From: Cyanophora paradoxa CCMP329
Taxonomy: Eukaryota > Plantae > Glaucophyta
Assembly (NCBI GenBank): GCA_004431415.1
Contig: QPMI01000542.1
Span: 124,001-188,000, forward strand
Length of the DNA: 64,000 nt
Direction: 5' to 3'
Shown: piece after piece, positions 49,008-60,143 of the stretch
How positions within the stretch are numbered: position 1 is the first letter of the stretch
How the letters are laid out: each line of letters opens with the position of its first letter
Made by a program: the position numbers and the translations under genes
The notes under the pieces: model-generated
Databases searched by the model: none
What the model was told of the DNA's origin: nothing
The model's input: the letters and a program-made list of their open reading frames with translations, nothing else

Positions 49008-50380
49008 TCGTCTTCCCACCAGCCCTGACCCTCTGCCCAGGGTCCGTCGCATTGGCTCATCTCGGGACACTGGCTCGGATCGGCATGTTCGCATCGCGCG
49101 TCGCGGTGCCAGTAGTTCTTTCCGGTTCCCTGGATCGCCGTGTACGTTCGTTTGCGTTTCTTGGGTTCCGTGTTCTGACAGTGCCCGTCGCAGCGGCAGT
49201 ACAGGCCTGCGCCCTCAGCGTTCGGGTCGGCCGCGTCGGGTACTGGCACCCAGTGCTGCAGGAGGTACTGGTACACGCGTATGCTGCCCGCCTCTGAGCG
49301 CCAGTTCGCGACCCGTCCCACCATGGGCAGCGCCTCATCCTCGTGCAGGTTTGCCGTGTCGAACACCGCTACGAAGGAGTCCTTCGCCCATCTTACTTGC
49401 CGGGCCCCAGCTGCCAGGGCGGCCATCGGCGAGGGCCGCGTGCCCACCTTCCTCATGGGGTACTGTAGCTGCTTTCCGTCACTCGTGATGGCTTCCCTGA
49501 GCACTCGCCACCACGCAGGTTCAGCCCGCGGGAGCGTCTCTCTGGGGGCCCTCATGTACAAGTCCTGCCAGGTTCGCACGGTGGCCCCGTCCGCCGCTGT
49601 CACTGCATCCATCGTGACCACCCCAGCAGCATAGAGCTTGGGCGCTGCTTCCCTGAAAATCGAGCGCGGGATGTGCCACGCCAGGACGAAGCGCCTATCC
49701 AACCGTGCCGGCTCCGGCCACGGCTCCGCCCCCGGTACTTGCCGGAAAGCGGCGTAGCGCTCGTGATTTGACATCAGCCTGTACTGACGCCGCTGCATCT
49801 GGGGCATTAGCGCCGCCAGGCAGTTCGTTCGAACGTCATCTCTCGAGACGGGGGCGTTCAGGAATTCGGTCGGGAGCAACGGTACCCCCAGCTTCTCCTG
49901 GAGGGCCCGCACACGGTGACGGACGACGCGGGCCAGCAACGAGTCTTCCGGTGCACACAGGCGGATTTGCGCTTCCGCGATCTGAACCTCCGCCTGCAGG
50001 TGCTCGGTGCGCTTGAGGCTGTACCCCCCGTGACTCCAGATCACGTAGTTCGTCGTCGATGAGGCGAGGTGCGCATGGTGCTTCACTACCCGCATCCATA
50101 TCCTATCCAGCTCTTTGCACTGCTGATCGTCCATCGTCATCAGCTTCAGGCCGTAAGCGATACGTGCCTGCACCATGGCCTGCACCAGGTAGCATGCCTC
50201 GTTTGCGGTGAGCTTTTTGCGTTCAATTGTCTTCACGGCGTTGCGTGCCTGATCGCGTACGTACTGCCACTGCCGCCCCCAGTTGAGGTTCGCGCTCATG
50301 TACACTCCGAGGAGCTTGAAGTGTTCGTGGGGCTCAAGGAACACCCGCGACGCCCTCAAACTCGCGGGGGGCGTTGTTCC
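49008..50380 (-). CDS. Retrotransposon ORF, middle part (RT thumb and downstream region)
   Basis: HFKLLGVYMSANLNW (non-LTR RT domain 7 KxLG motif), then IAYGL and HGGYSL. Confidence 0.9.
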
Positions 50381-52013
50381 ACGTGAAGATCGTTTTCTTT
50401 GCATTGACTTCGATATCGTGCAGGCGGAAGAACTCGCCGGCCACGTCAGCCATTATTTGCAGCCCCGCCAGGCTGCTGCTCGCCCACTTCGTATCGTCTG
50501 CGTACGCCAGCCCGCAGACCCGTGCTCGCCGACCGAGCTCGGCCTGGCTCTTCTCTTTGGGGTCCCCCATCACGTAAGCCGTACCCGTCCCCGACTGCAG
50601 CCAGCCTGCCACCGAGCTAGCCCGGCTGTCCTGACGCTCAATTTCGTCCATTCTCTCTTGCGCGCAGAGGAGCGCGTCGTAGAAGATCAGCCAGTGCAGC
50701 GGCGATTCGACGCCGCCCTGCGGGAGTCCGCACTCAAGCTCGAATTCGTCGGAGAGGCCGTGCCCCGAGATCGCCCTGGCTCGGCGCCGGCGGAAGATGT
50801 TCCTGTGGAGTTCGATGTACCCTTCCGGTATGCACAGCCTCCGCATCGAGAGCTCCATGCTCTCCCACGATACCGAGTCGTACGCGCGCCTGATATCCTG
50901 CAGCAGGACGTAGATGGGCTTCTTGAACTGCTTTGCGTCCTCGAGCATAGCGTTGAAGACGTGTAGGGCGTCATCCGTGGAGCATCCAGGTCTGAACCCG
51001 TAGTTCGCACCCTTCAGCAGCCCGTTCTGATGGATTGTCCGGGACAGGCGCTCATTGAGGAGGCCCGTGGTGAGCTTCAGGGCTACCTCTTGGAGTGTAA
51101 TTGGCCGCAGGTTATTATCAATATCCCCGTCCCACTCTCCGTTCTTAGGGATTCCGAAGACGTTGGCTTGGCAGACCGAGTCTGGCAAGTCTCTGAGACG
51201 GATCGTTTCCGCTACCATCGAGTGCAGAAGCCTCCGGCCCCAGGGCTCCGGCTCCTCTTCTTCCTCCTCCTCCGCCGCCTGCGGGGCGCCGGCTCGGCCC
51301 TGGTCTCCCGGGGGGGCCCTCTCCTTCTTTTTCTTGGGGATCTTTGCCCACAGGAACTTTGCCATAGCGTAGGAGAGGTTGGAAGGCCCCGCTGCCGTGT
51401 TGCCTAGCGTTTTGATGTAGTCCCCTAGCTCGGTTTCGGATGGCACAGCCATATCGTTCTCGAAGAGGGCCGGGTTCCCGCGCGGCTTGTACTCTTTCTG
51501 CCAGAAGTCAAGCAGGCGCTTTCCGCTTTTTGTTTTCAGCTCGCTATCCGGCACCTCCCCGACAGTACAGCCCACTCGGGGTCGCCGTCTTTGGCACCAA
51601 GTTTTCCAATGTTCGCGTAGGAGCCGCTTCACTTCTGCCGGTTCCGTATAGATCTCGTATGTCTTTCCGTCCTGCGAGCGGCGGGTGATGTGCATTATCG
51701 GCCAGCTCTTAGGCTTCTCGAGCACAGAGGCTATGTATGCCCCCAGGCGGCGGCCGTCCATGAAGTCGTCTAGCCGGTTCTTTACGGCCCTGGAAATGTC
51801 TGCTGCTTTGTCTTGCCTCCGCAGTTTCTGCAGGTCGTGCCTGGTGCGATTCCGCCAGGTTTTCAGTTCACGGAAGAAAGATGCCCAGTCTTCTTTCAGT
51901 TGCGCGCGCTTCGTATGCCCGTCGTGTGCGTCGAAGGGCTGGGGGGGTACAGTGGGGTCCGGGCGCTGGTCCGGCGAGTTAGCTATAGGGTCTGAGGCAG
52001 GCGCTGGTGCAGT
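50334..52013 (-). CDS. Non-LTR reverse transcriptase core (N-terminally truncated, frameshift near 50365)
   Basis: AAGPS, IPK..NLRPITL, NYGFRPG, LLQDIRRAYDSV, GLPQGGVESP, LAYADDT and VNAKKT. Confidence 0.95.
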   Translation of the reverse strand, partial: TAPAPASDPIANSPDQRPDPTVPPQPFDAHDGHTKRAQLKEDWASFFRELKTWRNRTRHDLQKLRRQDKAADISRAVKNRLDDFMDGRRLGAYIASVLEKPKSWPIMHITRRSQDGKTYEIYTEPAEVKRLLREHWKTWCQRRRPRVGCTVGEVPDSELKTKSGKRLLDFWQKEYKPRGNPALFENDMAVPSETELGDYIKTLGNTAAGPSNLSYAMAKFLWAKIPKKKKERAPPGDQGRAGAPQAAEEEEEEEPEPWGRRLLHSMVAETIRLRDLPDSVCQANVFGIPKNGEWDGDIDNNLRPITLQEVALKLTTGLLNERLSRTIHQNGLLKGANYGFRPGCSTDDALHVFNAMLEDAKQFKKPIYVLLQDIRRAYDSVSWESMELSMRRLCIPEGYIELHRNIFRRRRARAISGHGLSDEFELECGLPQGGVESPLHWLIFYDALLCAQERMDEIERQDSRASSVAGWLQSGTGTAYVMGDPKEKSQAELGRRARVCGLAYADDTKWASSSLAGLQIMADVAGEFFRLHDIEVNAKKTIFTWNNAPREFEGVAGVP

Positions 52014-52330
52014 TCGGGATTTGCGCTCTCAATGCGTAAATCGAGTTTTGCGCCGACGGAATGCGAACAAAGAAGACCGTAGCCGAGCGCCAGGCACGAA
52101 AGAGCTGAGCGACTCGCTAGCCGCGGTAGCGGCGCGAGGCGAGCACGGGATTAGCAGCAGGCTGCTGCGAGCGCCCCGCAAGGGACTAGCTGAGCTAGCC
52201 GTTGGGCCGAGCCGGCGGGCTTGAAGCCGCCGAGCTCCGAGGGGTACGCTGATTCGGGGTTTCCCTTCACGCCCAGCTTCGCTCGTGGCCGCCCCAGGCC
52301 ACGGAGCGACCAGCGGCGAAGCGAAATCGC
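52014..52330. repeat. 317-bp fragment of the ~1.5-kb repeat unit
   Basis: Near-identical to ~60697-61013. Confidence 0.9.
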
Positions 52331-52990
52331 CACAGCCAGCACAGCAATCACTCCTAAACAGCCCTGTCGGACCGGCGGCCGCACATCTCGGCCGTCCCTC
52401 CTATTGCACGGAACCGACCCAACTCTGCAGCACCATGGCTAGCTGCAGTGGAGCGCGATCCCGCGGCAGCAACTGTGAAGCAGTTCTGCCTCGTTGGCTG
52501 GCCGGAGCAAACCCTGTTCCCAGCGATCCTCCCGGAATCGGCCCCGGGCCCCGATTCACGCTTGAATCTGGTGCCTTACTGCCGTGCCGGTACGTGGATT
52601 CACGTCCGGGCCCGCCCGCCACGCTCGCATCCAGCGCGCGCTGGCTATCCCGGGGGCCCACCGTCAGTCCGCGGCCGCCGGCTTGCCTATACACTCTATA
52701 AGCGTGTATTGAGACCCGCCGCGCGATTCCTCCGGATCCCTGACCATTCCCTGCGCGCATGATCCGGGAGCTCCTCGGCGCTCGAACCGGACGCCGCCGC
52801 CGCGCCACGCCGGCGGAGCTCGCGCAGGACCGCCCCGGCCTGCTGGCGCTCGCGCTGCAGGCCCACCGCGCCGTCGGGGCTTGGATCGTGCCTTACGCGT
52901 GATCCACCGACGGACGGTGCCCGGCCGCCCGCGCGGCTCGGGGTGGCGACGGAGTACGGTTCTCGCTGGCGCCTCGCTGCGAGTCGGCCC

Positions 52991-54020
52991 GCTGGCGCCT
53001 CGCTGCGGGCCCCGTGCTCGGAGTTCCGGGGACCGCTGGCGCGGCGCGCCGCGGTCCCGGCCTGCCCCGCAGGCCCCGGCCGCGCCCGCGGCCGGCGAGC
53101 TCCACCCCGGAGTACGGCCTCGCTGGCGGAACCGCTGCGAGATGGCCCGCTGGCGCGTCGCGCTGCGGGCCCCGTGCTCGGAGTTCCGGGGACCGCTGGC
53201 GCGGCGCGCCGCGGTCCCGGCCTGCCCCGCAGGCCCCGGCCGCGCCCGCGGCCGGCGAGCTCCACCCCGGAGTACGGCCTCGCTGGCGGAACCGCTGCGA
53301 GATGGCCCGCTGGCGCGTCGCGCTGCGGGCCCCGTGCTCGGAGTTCCGGGGACCGCTGGCGCGGCGCGCCGCGGTCCCGGCCTGCCCCGCAGGCCCCGGC
53401 CGCGCCCGCGGCCGGCGAGCTCCACCCCGGAGTACGGCCTCGCTGGCGGAACCGCTGCGAGATGGCCCGCTGGCGCGTCGCGCTGCGGGCCCCGTGCTCG
53501 GAGTTCCGGGGACCGCTGGCGCGGCGCGCCGCGGTCCCGGCCTGCCCCGCAGGCCCCGGCCGCGCCCGCGGCCGGCGAGCTCCACCCCGGAGTACGGCCT
53601 CGCTGGCGGAACCGCTGCGAGATGCATATGGCCCGCTGGCGCGTCGCGCTGCGGGCCCCGTGCTCGGAGTTCCGGGGACCGCTGGCGCGGCGCGCCGCGG
53701 TCCCGGCCTGCCCCGCAGGCCCCGGCCGCGCCCGCGGCCGGCGAGCTCCACCCCAGAGTACGGCCTCGCTGGCGAAACCGCTGCGAGATGGCCCGCTGGC
53801 GCGTCGCGCTGCGGGCCCCGTGCTCGGAGTTCCGGGGACCGCTGGCGCGGCGCGCCGCGGTCCCGGCCTGCCCCGCAGGCCCCGGCCGCGCCCGCGGCCG
53901 GCGAGCTCCACCCCGGAGTACTAGTACGGCCTCGCTGGCGGAACCGCTGCGAGATGGCCCGCTGGCGCTCGCCGCTGCGGGCCCCGTCCTCGGATCTAGT
54001 TCCGGGGACCGCTGGCGCGT
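52991..54020. repeat. Satellite, 160-bp unit, ~6.5 near-identical copies
   Basis: TCCACCCCGGAGTACGG recurs at 53101, 53261, 53421 and 53581 (exact 160-bp period). Confidence 0.95.
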
Positions 54021-54749
54021 CGCTCTGCAGGCCCCGCGGCCGCACTCCGTCGGAGTGCCCGCTGCGCATGCAGCCTCGCGATCGATCGCGATCGCAGAGT
54101 GTTTTTGTTTTTGTTTGTCTGTGGTCGATTTTAATCAATTCAATGGTTGACTCGACCTAAAAAACAAAACAAAACACAAAACAAAAAACGTCCCGGCCGG
54201 ACCGGCGGACCCGCGAGGGCGCGAACCCGCGGGCCGCGCCGCGGCCCGCGCGCGCGGGCCCGCGGGCCCCGCGCCGGCCCCGCGGCGCCGGCGGCCGCGG
54301 CCGCGCGCGCGCGCGCGCCGCGCAGTCTCCGCGGCCGAGGCTCGCTAGCCTTGAAGCTGCCAGGCTGGTGCTTCCGGCCCAAGTTCCGGGCGCTTCCGCG
54401 CGCGCTCAGAATCCGCTGCCGCAGGCCTCTAGCTAGGCCCGCAGCGCGCATCAGCCGCTGAGCAGCGCCGCGGCGCATCGCCGCATGCCCGCGGCCATGC
54501 CCGGCCGCACGTAAGCTAGTCCTCAGTACTACTAGTAGTACTGCAGCCCCCGTGCGCGTGCGAGTCAGATCGGACTCAGCCGACGCCGCGGCGCCCGACA
54601 CCACAGCCGCTGAGCTGCAGCTACAACTGCCAGGCTGGCACTTCCGCTGCCGCAGTGCTGTCGCTGGCGCGTTGCGCTGCGGACTACAGCCCTCGCTGGC
54701 ACTCTAGATCTCGCTGCGAGTCGGCCCGCTGGCGGCCTTCCGCGCATCC

Positions 54750-57700
54750 GCGCCGCGCCCTCGCGCGCCCCACGCCGCCGCTCGACCCGCCGCCGCCGCA
54801 TAACCTGCTTGCGCAGGGCGGGCCGGCCGCTGGCTCGACCGCGGCGCTCTCCGGCGGGAGCCCTGGGCCCCACCTCCACGGCTCCGCCCCGAGGTCCGAA
54901 AGCGACCTCGCGCGGCCCCGCACCGCCGCTCGACCGCCACCGCCGCCTGACCTGCTTGCGCAGGGCGGGCCGGCCGCAGGCTCGCCTGCAGCGCCCTCCG
55001 GCTGGAGCCCCTTGGGCTCCACCTCCGCCCCGAGGTCCGTAGCGACCTCGCGCGGCCCCGCGGCCGCCGCTTTACCCGCCGCCGCCGCATAACCTGCTTG
55101 CGCAGGGCAGGCCGGCCGCTGGCTCGCATGCAGCGCTCCCCGGCTGGAGCCCAAGGCTCCACCTCCGCCCCGAGGTCTGCAGCGACCTCGCGCGGCCCGG
55201 CAACGCCGCCCGGCTCGCCGCCTCCGCCTGACCTGCTGGCGCAGGGCGGGCCGGCGAGGTCCAAAAATCGACCTCGCGCAGCCCCGCATCGCCGCTCGAC
55301 CCGCCGCCGCTGCCTGACCTGCTTGCCAAGGCGGGCCGGCCGCTGGCTCGCATATAACACTCCCGGGCTGGAGCCCAGGGCCCCACCTCCGCCCCGAGGT
55401 CCGTCACGGCCTCGCGCGGCCCCGCGCTGCCGCTCGACCCGCCGCCGCCGCATAACCTGCTTGCGCAGGGCGGGCCGGCCGCTGGCTCGACCGCGGCGCC
55501 CTCCGGCTGGAGCCCAGGGCTCCACCTCCGCCAGAGGTCCGTCACGGCCTCGCGCGGCCCCACACTGCCGCTCGACCCGCCGCCGCCGCATAACCTGCCT
55601 GCGCAGGGCCGGCCGCTGGCTCGCATGCAGCGCCCCCCGGCTGGAGCCCAGGGCTCCGCCTCCGCCCCGAGGTCCGTCACGGCTTCGCGCGGCCCCGCGC
55701 TGCCGCTCGACCTGCCGCCGCCGCGTAACCTGCTTGCGCAGGGCGGGTTGGCCGCTGGCTCGCATGCAGCGCCCCCCGGCCGGAGCCCAGGGATCCACCC
55801 CCGCCCCGAGGTCCGTTCACGGCCTCGCGCGGCCCCGCGCTGCCGCTCGACCCGCCGCCACCGCATAACCTGCTTGCGTAGGACGGGCCGGCCGCGGGCT
55901 CGCATACCGCGCTCCCCGGCTGGAGTCCAGGGCGCCACCTCCGCCCCGAGGTCCGTCACGGCCTCGCGCGGCCCCGCGCCGCCGCTCGACCGGCCGCCGC
56001 CGCATCACCTGCTCGCGCAGGGCGGGCCGGCCGCTGGCTCGCATGCAGCGCCCCCCGGCTGGAGCCCAGGGCGCCGCCTCCGCCCCGAGGTCCGTCACGG
56101 CCTCGCGCGGCCCCGCGCTGCCGCTCGACTCGCCGCCGCCGCATAACCTGCTTACGCAGGGCGGGCCGGCCGCTGGCTCGCATGCAGCGCCCCCCGGCTG
56201 GAGCCCAGGGCTCCACCTTCAACCCGAGGCCTGTCAAGGCCTCGCGCGGCCCCGCGCTGCCGCTCGACCCGCCGCCGCCGCATAACCAGCCTGCGCAGGG
56301 CCGGCCGCTGGCTCGCATGCAGCGCCCCCCGGCTGGAGCCCAGGGCTCCTCCTCCGCCCCGAGGTCCGTCACGGCTTCGCGCGGCCCCGCGCTGCCGCTC
56401 GACCTGCCGCCGCCGCATACCCTGCTTGCGCAGGGCAGGCCGGCCGTGGGCTCGCATGCAGCGCTCCCCGGCTGGACCCCAGGGCTCCACCTTCGCCCCG
56501 AGGTCCTTCACGGCCTCGCGCGGCCCCACGCTGCAACTCGGCGTACCGCCACTGCCTGACCTGCTGGCGCAGGGCGGGCCGGCCGTTGGCTCGTCCGCCG
56601 CGCTCTCCGGCTGGAGCTCAAGGCCCCACCGCCGCCCCGAGGTCCGTCACGGCTTCGCGCGGCCCCGCGCTGCCGCTCGACCGGCCGCTGCCGCATCACC
56701 TGCTTGCGCAGGGCGGGCCGGCCGCTGGCTCGCATGCAGCGCCCCCCGGCTGGAGCCCAGGGCTCCACCTTCAACCCGAGGCCTGTCAAGGCCTCGCGCG
56801 GCCCCGCGCTGCCGCTCGACCCGCCGCCGCCGCATAACCTGCCTGCGCAGGGCCGGCCGCTGGCTCGCATGCAGCGCCCCCCGGCTGGAGCCCAGGGCTC
56901 CGCCTCCGCCCCGAGGTCCGTCACGGCTTCGCGCGGCCCCGCGCTGCCGCTCGACCTGCCGCCGCCGCGTAACCTGCTTGCGCAGGGCGGGTTGGCCGCT
57001 GGCTCGCATGCAGCGCCCCCCGGCCGGAGCCCAGGGATCCACCCCCGCCCCGAGGTCCGTTCACGGCCTCGCGCGGCCCCGCGCTGCCGCTCGACCCGCC
57101 GCCACCGCATAACCTGCTTGCGTAGGACGGGCCGGCCGTGGGCTCGCATACCGCGCTCCCCGGCTGGAGTCCAGGGCGCCACCTCCGCCCCGAGGTCCGT
57201 CACGGCCTCGCGCAGCCCCGCGCCGCCGCTCGACCGGCCGCTGCCGCATCACCTGCTTGCGCAGGGCGGGTTGGCCGCTGGCTCGCATGCAGCGCCCCCC
57301 GGCTGGAGTCCAGGGCGCCACCTCCGCCCCGAGGTCCGTCACGGCCTCGCGCAGCCCCGCGCTGCCGCTCGACCCGCCGTCGCCGCATAACCTGCTTGCG
57401 CAGGGCAGGCCGGCCGTGGGCTCGCATGCAGCGCTCCCCGGCTGGACCCCAGGGCTCCACCGCTGCCCCGAGGTCCTTCACGGCCTCGCGCGGCCCCGCG
57501 CTGCAGCTCGGCGTACCGCCACTGCCTGACCTGCTGGCGCAGGGCGGGCCGGCCGTTGGCTCGTCCGCCACGCTCTCCGGCTGGAGCTCAAGGCTCCACC
57601 GCCGCCCCGAGGTCCGTCACGGCTTCGCGCGGCCCCGCGCTGCCGCTCGACCGGCCGCTGCCGCATCACCTGCTTGCGCAGGGCGGGCCGGCCGCTGGCT

Positions 57701-59710
57701 CGCATGCAGCGCCCCCCGGCTGGATCCCAGGGCTCCACCTTCAACCTGAGGTCCTTCACGGCCTCGCGCGGCCCCGCGCTGCAGCTCGGCGTACCGCCAC
57801 TGCCTGACCCGCTTGCGCAGGGCGGGCCGGCCGTTGGCTCGTCCGCCGCGCTCTCCGGCTGGAGCTCAAGGCTCTACCGCCGCCCCGAGGTCCGTCACGG
57901 CTTCGCGCGGCCCCGCGCTGCCGCTCGACCGGCCGCTGCCGCATCACCTGCTTGCGCAGGGCGGGCCGGCCGCTGGCCCGCATGCAGCGCTCCCCAGCTG
58001 GAGCCCAGGGCTCCACCTTCAACCCGAGGGCGGGCCGGCCGCTGGCTCGTCCGCCGCGCTCTCCGGCCTGGAACCCAGGGCTCCACCTCCACCCCGAGGT
58101 CCGTTCACGGCCTCGCACGGCCCCACGCCACCACCCGGCTTGCCGCCGCCGCCTGACCTGCGGGTGCAGGGCGGGCCGGCCGCTGGCCCGCCCACCGCGC
58201 TCTCCTGCTGGAGCTCAAGGCTCCACCACCTCCCCGAGGTCTGCAGCGACCTCGCGCGGCCCGGCGCCGCCGCCCGGCTCGCTGCCTCCGCCTGACCGGC
58301 TGGCACAGGGCGGGCGGACCCTTAGCCTGTCCGCGGCCGTCGGACGTTTCCTGGCTGGAGCTCAAGGCTCCGCCACCGCCCCAAGGGCGGGCCGGCCGGT
58401 GGACCGCGCGCAGCGCCTCCTGCGGTAGCTAAAAACTCCGCCTCCGCCCGAAGGTCCGTAGCGGCCTCGCGATCGCGCGGTCCCGCGCCGCCGCTCTACC
58501 CGCTACCGCCGTCAGACCTACTCGCGAAGGGCAGGCCGGTCGCTGGCTCGCCAGCAGCGCTCTCCTGCTGGAGCTCAAGCCTCCACCACCGCCCCGAGGT
58601 CTGCAGCGACCTCGCACGGCCCCGCGCCGCCGCTCGGCTCTCCGCCGCCGCCTCGCCTGCTGGCGCAGGGCGGGCCAGCCTCTGGCTCGCCCGCGTCGCC
58701 CCCCTGCTGGAGCTCAAGGCTCCTTCGCGACCCCGAGGTCCGTCACGGCCTCGCGTGGCCCCGCGCCGCCGCTCGACCCGCCGCCGCCGCTTATCCTGCT
58801 TGCGCAGGGCGGGCCGGCCCCTGGCTCGCCCGCAAGGCCCCCTGGCTGAAGCTCCAGGCCCCGCCATTAAACCGAGGTCTACTGCGACCTCGCGTGGCCC
58901 CGCGCCGCCGCTCGGCTCGCCGCCGCCACCTGACCTGCTTGCGCAGGGCGGGCCGGCCGCTGGCTCGCCCGCAGCGCCTCCTACTGAAGCTCAAAGCTCC
59001 GCCGCCGCCCCAAGGTCCGTGGCGACCTCGCGTGGCCCCATGCCACAGCTTGGCTCGCCACCGCCGCCTGACCTGCGTACGCAAGGCGGGCCGGCCTCTG
59101 GCATGCCCGCGGCGCTCCCCGGCTGGAGCGCGAGGCTCCACCACCTCCCCGAGGTCTGACGCGACCTCGCGCGGCCCACACTACCGCTCGGCCCGCTGCC
59201 ATCGCTCCCCCAGCTTGCGTAGGGAGGGCCGGCCTCTAGCTCGCCCGCGACGCTTCCTGGCTGGAGCTCAAGGCTCCACCCCCACCCCGAGGTCTGCAGC
59301 GACCTCGCGCGTTCCCGCGCCGCCACTGAGCTCGCCGCCGCCGCATAACCTGCTTGCGAAGGGCGGGCCGGCCTCTGGCTCGCCAGCAGCGCTCTCCTGC
59401 TGGAGCTCATGACCCCACCACCGCCCCGAGGTCCGCAACGACCTCGCGCGGCCCCAAGCCGCCGCCGCCTCGCCTGCTGGCGCAGGGTGGGCTGACCGCT
59501 GGCTCGCCCGCGGTGCTGTTCCACGGGCGCTCCAGGCCCTGAGGCCCCGCGACCGCTCCCGCGGTCTTATGCGGCCCCCACACCTCCGCGCGGCGCGCTT
59601 CCGCCGCCTAACCTGCTTGCACAGGGCAGGACGGTGGTGGGCTCGCTTTCGGTGCTCACCGGCTGGGATGGTTTTAGATTCCGCCGCGGCCCCGAGGCCC
59701 GTAACGGCCT
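54750..59710. repeat. Satellite, ~139-bp unit, roughly 35 copies, diverging towards the edges
   Basis: Recurring CCGAGGTCCGTCACGGCCTCGCGCGGCCCC...ACCTGCTTGCGCAGGGCGGGCCGGCC...GGCTGGAGC unit. Confidence 0.95.
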
Positions 59711-60143
59711 CGCGCGACTTCACGCCGACGCGCAGTGCGACCGCCTTGCCCGCCCTCCACCCGTAGCGCGCCCCTGGCCCGCACCGCCCAGCATGACTTG
59801 TCGGCGGCGGGGATCTGGCGGCGCCACTATCCAGCGCCGCCCCGGTTCGTCGACTGTCCCATAGGGGTACGGCGAGAACCCCCCAGCCTTCTGTGCCGGC
59901 TCGTTACCTCGGGCGTTTTGGCCCGCCCCGGCCCCATGTTGTTTGTCCGAATTCACGCTCTCTGCCCGTTCCTCCTGCAGCGCAGTGCGCTGGGGGAGGG
60001 AGGCCTAGCGTCTGGGACACGTGGGGTGGCAGGGGAAGGAGGAAGGAGAGGGGGGGAAGGGGGGAGGGCGAAACAACCTTCACCCTCTTGCTCACTTTGT
60101 TCCTATGTATGCTATTCTGGCTGGCTGTGACCTGACTCTTGTT

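Larger units (their letters stand above)
43288..52013 (-). mobile_element. 5'-truncated non-LTR retrotransposon (RT + RNase H + CCHC knuckle), interrupted by a CACTA-type insertion
   Basis: RT, RNase H and zinc-knuckle ORF pieces in colinear order, plus a ~420-bp 3' UTR ending GTGCTAATGCAAATC at 43288. The frame stays open upstream of 51761 to the junction with a different repeat at 52014. Confidence 0.93.
52331..60129. mobile_element. Putative large non-autonomous CMC-type element with CACAG termini, filled with satellites
   Basis: CACAGCCAGC at 52331-52340, exactly where homology to the 1.5-kb unit breaks, and its reverse complement GCTGGCTGTG at 60120-60129. No TSD. Confidence 0.6.

Noticed and set aside
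50345-50385. Programmed frameshift in the RT ORF
   Set aside because: It lies beside a homopolymer run inside the RT domain. Repeat copies elsewhere differ mainly in homopolymer length, so a mutation or read error is more likely.
52991-54020. Possible CRISPR array
   Set aside because: Units are full-length identical tandem repeats with no unique spacers, there are no cas genes, and the context is eukaryotic.
52664-59723. Long ORFs (up to 480 aa) across the satellites
   Set aside because: Open in several frames on both strands because the GC-rich repeats lack stop codons; no protein signal.
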